Assembly (NCBI GenBank): GCA_946548715.1
Contig: CAMNPZ010000002.1
Location: forward strand, 2,908-66,907
DNA length: 64,000 bases
Direction of reading: 5' to 3'
Source of the DNA: an uncultured Candidatus Saccharibacteria bacterium
Lineage (GTDB): Bacteria; Patescibacteriota; Saccharimonadia; Saccharimonadales; Saccharimonadaceae
Numbering within the stretch: position 1 is the stretch's first letter; the number at the start of each line of letters is the position of its first letter. The notes under the pieces are model-generated. The model searched no databases. It saw only the letters and a list, made by a program, of their open reading frames with translations, and was not told the DNA's origin. Of this stretch, positions 60,530-64,000 are shown piece after piece. A program made the translations under genes and the position numbers.

Positions 60530-61840
60530 CTATGGCTGGAGGTATTGATCGATATAGGGCTCCGCCATGCCGGCAAGGTAGATGGGTAGATTGAGTAGAC
60601 CTTGATTGTATTCAAGCGGCTTAAGGGAGAAGCGGATGCTGAGTTGGGGGTTGTAATTATCGCGGAAAGTTTTAAGGCTTTTAGCTTTGACGTTGGTGCC
60701 ACTTTTGACTTCGATGGGGACGATGATATTGTGCATCTCTGTGACGAAGTCAACTTCCGCATTGGCTTCGGAGCTCCAGTAGTACATATCGTATTGACTG
60801 TCCATTTGTTGTAAAACGTATTGTTCAACGAAAAAGCCGTTAAATTCTTTGAATAGGGCTTCGTCGTTTAGGATCATTGAGGTATTGGCTCCGGCGAGGT
60901 GCCGGAATAGGCCGATGTCGAGGAAATAGAGTTTGAAGGCGGATGGTTCAGAATAGGCCTTGAGTGGTAGTTTGTCGCCGGTTTTTAAGCGTTCGACCTT
61001 GCGGACTATGTTGCAGTCGACGAGCCATTGAACGGCAACTTCGTATTCGCGGGCGCGGGCGCCTGGTTTGATGACATTGAACATGAATTTTTCATTGCGT
61101 TTGGCGAATTGGGCAGGGAGGCTGTTCCAGATTTGGTGGATGCGGGTGGCGGTGGTGGTATCGGTGTGTTTGGAAATGTCGGCGAGATAGGCTAGGAGGA
61201 TGAGGTTTTGAAGTTTGTCGACTTCGGTGTAGTCGTGTTTATTGACCCAGCTACTGACGACTTCAGGCATGCCGCCTACGATGAGGTATTCGCGGAAGAG
61301 GAGTGTCAATTTGTCGTTGAAAAGTTTGAGGGTTGTTTTGTCGTCGATGACTCTAAGGAATCGTTCGTTGCCAGTGGCTAGGAGAAATTCTTGGAAGCTG
61401 AGTGGGGAAAGTTCGAGACTTTCGACTTTGCCGACAGGGAATGAAGTGCCTGGGTGGAGTGCGATACCGAGTAGGCTGCCAGAGGCGGCGATGTAGTATT
61501 CGGGGGCTTCCTCGCAAAAGTATTTTAGCGAAGAGAGGGCGCGGGGGATTTCTTGAATTTCGTCGAAGATGATGATAGTGTCGGTCGGGGTGATTTTGGT
61601 GCCAGTGAGAGCTTCAAGTTTTGGTAGGATATCGGTGGGACTAATGGATTCGTTGAAGATGGGCTCGAAGCGCTCTCTGTCTTTGTCCAAGTTGAGGTAT
61701 ATGACGTGTTGGAATTCGCGAGCGGCGAATTCTTTTAGTAAATATGTCTTGCCGACTTGGCGTGCGCCTGTCAAAAGAAGTGGCTTATGGGCCTTGGCGG
61801 TTTTCCAAGCTAATAGTTGAGCGTATAGTATTCGTTGCAT
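60530..61840 (-). CDS. AAA_14-type ATPase with DUF4143 domain
   Basis: TGARQVGKT, IIFDEIQE, ASGSLLG, YLIVGGMPE, KLYFLDIGL, AEVDF, PIEVKSG. Confidence 0.9.
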   Translation of the reverse strand: MQRILYAQLLAWKTAKAHKPLLLTGARQVGKTYLLKEFAAREFQHVIYLNLDKDRERFEPIFNESISPTDILPKLEALTGTKITPTDTIIIFDEIQEIPRALSSLKYFCEEAPEYYIAASGSLLGIALHPGTSFPVGKVESLELSPLSFQEFLLATGNERFLRVIDDKTTLKLFNDKLTLLFREYLIVGGMPEVVSSWVNKHDYTEVDKLQNLILLAYLADISKHTDTTTATRIHQIWNSLPAQFAKRNEKFMFNVIKPGARAREYEVAVQWLVDCNIVRKVERLKTGDKLPLKAYSEPSAFKLYFLDIGLFRHLAGANTSMILNDEALFKEFNGFFVEQYVLQQMDSQYDMYYWSSEANAEVDFVTEMHNIIVPIEVKSGTNVKAKSLKTFRDNYNPQLSIRFSLKPLEYNQGLLNLPIYLAGMAEPYIDQYLQP

Positions 61841-61894
61841 TTTAAACTCCTTATTGTTATTGTATCATATTGTTAGTAGGATTTCAAGAGGTGG

Positions 61895-61977
61895 TACACA
61901 TTTTCCGACCGAAAAAGGTGAGAATTTACACATTTTCCGACCGAAAAAGGTGAGAATTTACACATTTTCCGACCGAA
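61895..61977. repeat. 32-bp tandem repeat, 2.6 copies
   Basis: tacacattttccgaccgaaaaaggtgagaatt at 61895, 61927 and partial at 61959. Confidence 0.95.
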
Positions 61978-62091
61978 TACGGGGTGGTATGGGCTGATAA
62001 TTCTTTGATGGCATTTTTGGTTAAAATGATTAAGCTTGTGGTATAATGGTAAAAAGCTTAATAGTATTGCGATATTTATTAAAAAAAGGAA

Positions 62092-64000
62092 ATGGATCCA
62101 ATGAGTAGAAACTATACAAAGGCAAATCTCATAATGCGTAGTGGTGTTGGTTTGCTAGCGCTGACTATGATTAGTGGGCTAGTATTAATTAGCAATAAAG
62201 CCTCCGCGGAATCATCAGCGGTATCTACGGCATCTATCACGGTGCCAGTGGCTTGTACGATGCGGGGAACGGGAGTGGATTCGCACACGGCTACGCTCGC
62301 GCCCAACACCTACTCCGGCGCTTCCGGTTCCGAATATGAAAATGGCATCGGTAAAACCACCCTCATTGCTATATGCAATGATGACAATGGCTTCTCCATC
62401 TATGCTATAGGATATACTGGTAATTCATATGACTCAGAAAACCATACTAAACTAGTTGGCTCTACTACTGGCGGCACTATAGCTACTAAAGCCTATGCAT
62501 CGGAAGATACTACTTCCAATTGGTCCATGAAACTAACTAAAGTCACTGACGTAGCAGAATCCTATAATCCACAGAACTTAACTATCCAAAGTGATACAGA
62601 AGGAACCTTTTCTTCATGGCATAGTGTGCCTGCTTCATATACTAAAGTAGCAGAATATCATGCTAATACTGGTTCATCTACCACCGACACTACTCTCGGC
62701 GTTAAACTAGAAACTACCTATGCAGCATACATAGCATCCAATCAACCAGCTGATACTTACATAGGACAAGTAAAATATACTATGGTACATCCATACACAG
62801 AAGAGCCTTTACAACCACAACCATCTACTGCAGGTTGTATTAACTACCATGCTAATGCTAGCGATGCTGTAGGTACTATGGGATGCCAGTCAGCTACAGA
62901 CGGTAATTCAATAGACCTTCTGGCTTCCAACTTCAGTAGAACTGGCTACGGTTTCGCTGGTTGGAGTGATAAGTTTGATTATGCTACTAACGCAGAAGCT
63001 GAATTTTACGGTCCAATGGAAACCATCACCGTTCCTACCGGCACTACTGCTAATGGCCTCTCTCTTTACGCCGTATGGGTGAAATCAGAAGGCAGTATCC
63101 AAGATACCAGCAAAGTTGCATCGGTTTGCAATCGCCTAATCACTGCTCCGACTGACGGCACTGCTAACCTCACTTCTGTCTCCGCATTAACTGACCAACG
63201 TGACAACAACACTTACGCTATTGCGAAACTCGCAGATGGTAATTGTTGGATGATTGAGAACTTGCGCCTAGAAAGTACTAATAGCGATAATAGTACTGGT
63301 GCTCTCGCTCAAGGCTACGGTACTTCCGCTACTTATGGTAACTTCGGAGGGCTTGCTACTGCAGAATCCACTAATTTTTCAAATACCACTACGGCAAACA
63401 GTCTCTACTATAGCGGAACTCAATCCGGTGATGCTACGATAGACATTGGCACTACAAACTATCCAGGTTACCGTATGCCACGCTATAATAACTGGAACAA
63501 CCAATCTGCTTCCGCGAATCGTCCACAAAACCCAACATCTAATTCAGTCACTAATAGCACTACAAATGCTGGTATGTATAGCTACGGTAACTACTACACT
63601 TGGCATGCCGCTATAGCGGATACTACCTACAATGGCACTAATAACTCTAGTTCCGATACCACCTCTCTCTGTCCAACTGGTTGGAGATTGCCACGCGGTG
63701 GTCAAAACACTGTAACTGCTGGGCAGAATGGTGATTTCTATGTACTTACCACCACTCTTACTGGAATGGCTCCAAATAACGCTAATAGTGGATATGCATA
63801 TTATTCTGGAACAGTTGATGGAACTGATGTAGGCAAGTTAGCATCCGATTCATTAAGGAATTATCCAAATAACTTCCTCTACTCCGGCGGCTTCAGTACC
63901 TCGTCGGCGAGCAATAGAGGTAGTAGCGGCTACTATTGGTCGTCTACTGCGTATAGTTACAGCACTAGCTACAGCCTGAGCCTGTATAGTTCCAGCGTGT
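62092..64000 (+). CDS. Secreted Fibrobacter-domain paralogue 3, truncated by the window end (absent from the ORF track because it has no stop)
   Basis: Promoter and N-terminus homologous to paralogue 1; DQRDNNTYAIAKLADGNCWMIENLRL, YGNYYTW, LCPTGWRLP, YYWSST. Confidence 0.88.
   Translation, partial: MDPMSRNYTKANLIMRSGVGLLALTMISGLVLISNKASAESSAVSTASITVPVACTMRGTGVDSHTATLAPNTYSGASGSEYENGIGKTTLIAICNDDNGFSIYAIGYTGNSYDSENHTKLVGSTTGGTIATKAYASEDTTSNWSMKLTKVTDVAESYNPQNLTIQSDTEGTFSSWHSVPASYTKVAEYHANTGSSTTDTTLGVKLETTYAAYIASNQPADTYIGQVKYTMVHPYTEEPLQPQPSTAGCINYHANASDAVGTMGCQSATDGNSIDLLASNFSRTGYGFAGWSDKFDYATNAEAEFYGPMETITVPTGTTANGLSLYAVWVKSEGSIQDTSKVASVCNRLITAPTDGTANLTSVSALTDQRDNNTYAIAKLADGNCWMIENLRLESTNSDNSTGALAQGYGTSATYGNFGGLATAESTNFSNTTTANSLYYSGTQSGDATIDIGTTNYPGYRMPRYNNWNNQSASANRPQNPTSNSVTNSTTNAGMYSYGNYYTWHAAIADTTYNGTNNSSSDTTSLCPTGWRLPRGGQNTVTAGQNGDFYVLTTTLTGMAPNNANSGYAYYSGTVDGTDVGKLASDSLRNYPNNFLYSGGFSTSSASNRGSSGYYWSSTAYSYSTSYSLSLYSSSV

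Noticed and set aside
61895-61977. CRISPR array or replication origin
   Set aside because: Head-to-tail repeats with no spacers; no rep gene or DnaA-box cluster seen.

Overview
Bacterial chromosome segment, most likely from a host-associated Candidatus Saccharibacteria (TM7/CPR) genome. This is inferred from the arginine deiminase operon, a VirB2-like pilin fusion, a Fibrobacter-type paralogue family and compact housekeeping enzymes. It uses genetic code 11 and the + strand is strongly G/T-skewed, as expected for a leading strand. Housekeeping content includes rnj, trxA/trxB, lemA/htpX, ligA, pcrA, HTH-murA, pgk, pyk, ftsH, pepN, pgi, arcC/arcB/arcA/arcD, gpmI, a galU-like gene, clpC/clpP, rnhA, tyrS, rpmA and 8 tRNAs. 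The most notable signals are: (1) a family of structure-conserved palindromic elements (core CCCGTCGCCACGGG, covarying stems, locus-specific inverted arms) inserted in frame in ligA, pcrA, pepN, tyrS and twice in a TRM11-like methyltransferase, in both orientations and all three frames, with related foldbacks next to tRNA-Glu and on both sides of gpmI; (2) a three-gene cohesin/dockerin-like surface system: two X-module-dockerin proteins (one a subtilase plus CHAP) and a cohesin-bearing anchor with a sortase-like tail; (3) Fibrobacter-domain paralogues whose 3' ends look like diversity-generating-retroelement variable regions; (4) a tRNA-Gly with a compensated U19-A56 pair and A73; (5) pervasive leaderless-type promoters and a perfect CIRCE at clpC. 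All assignments come from motif recognition by eye; no searches were run.
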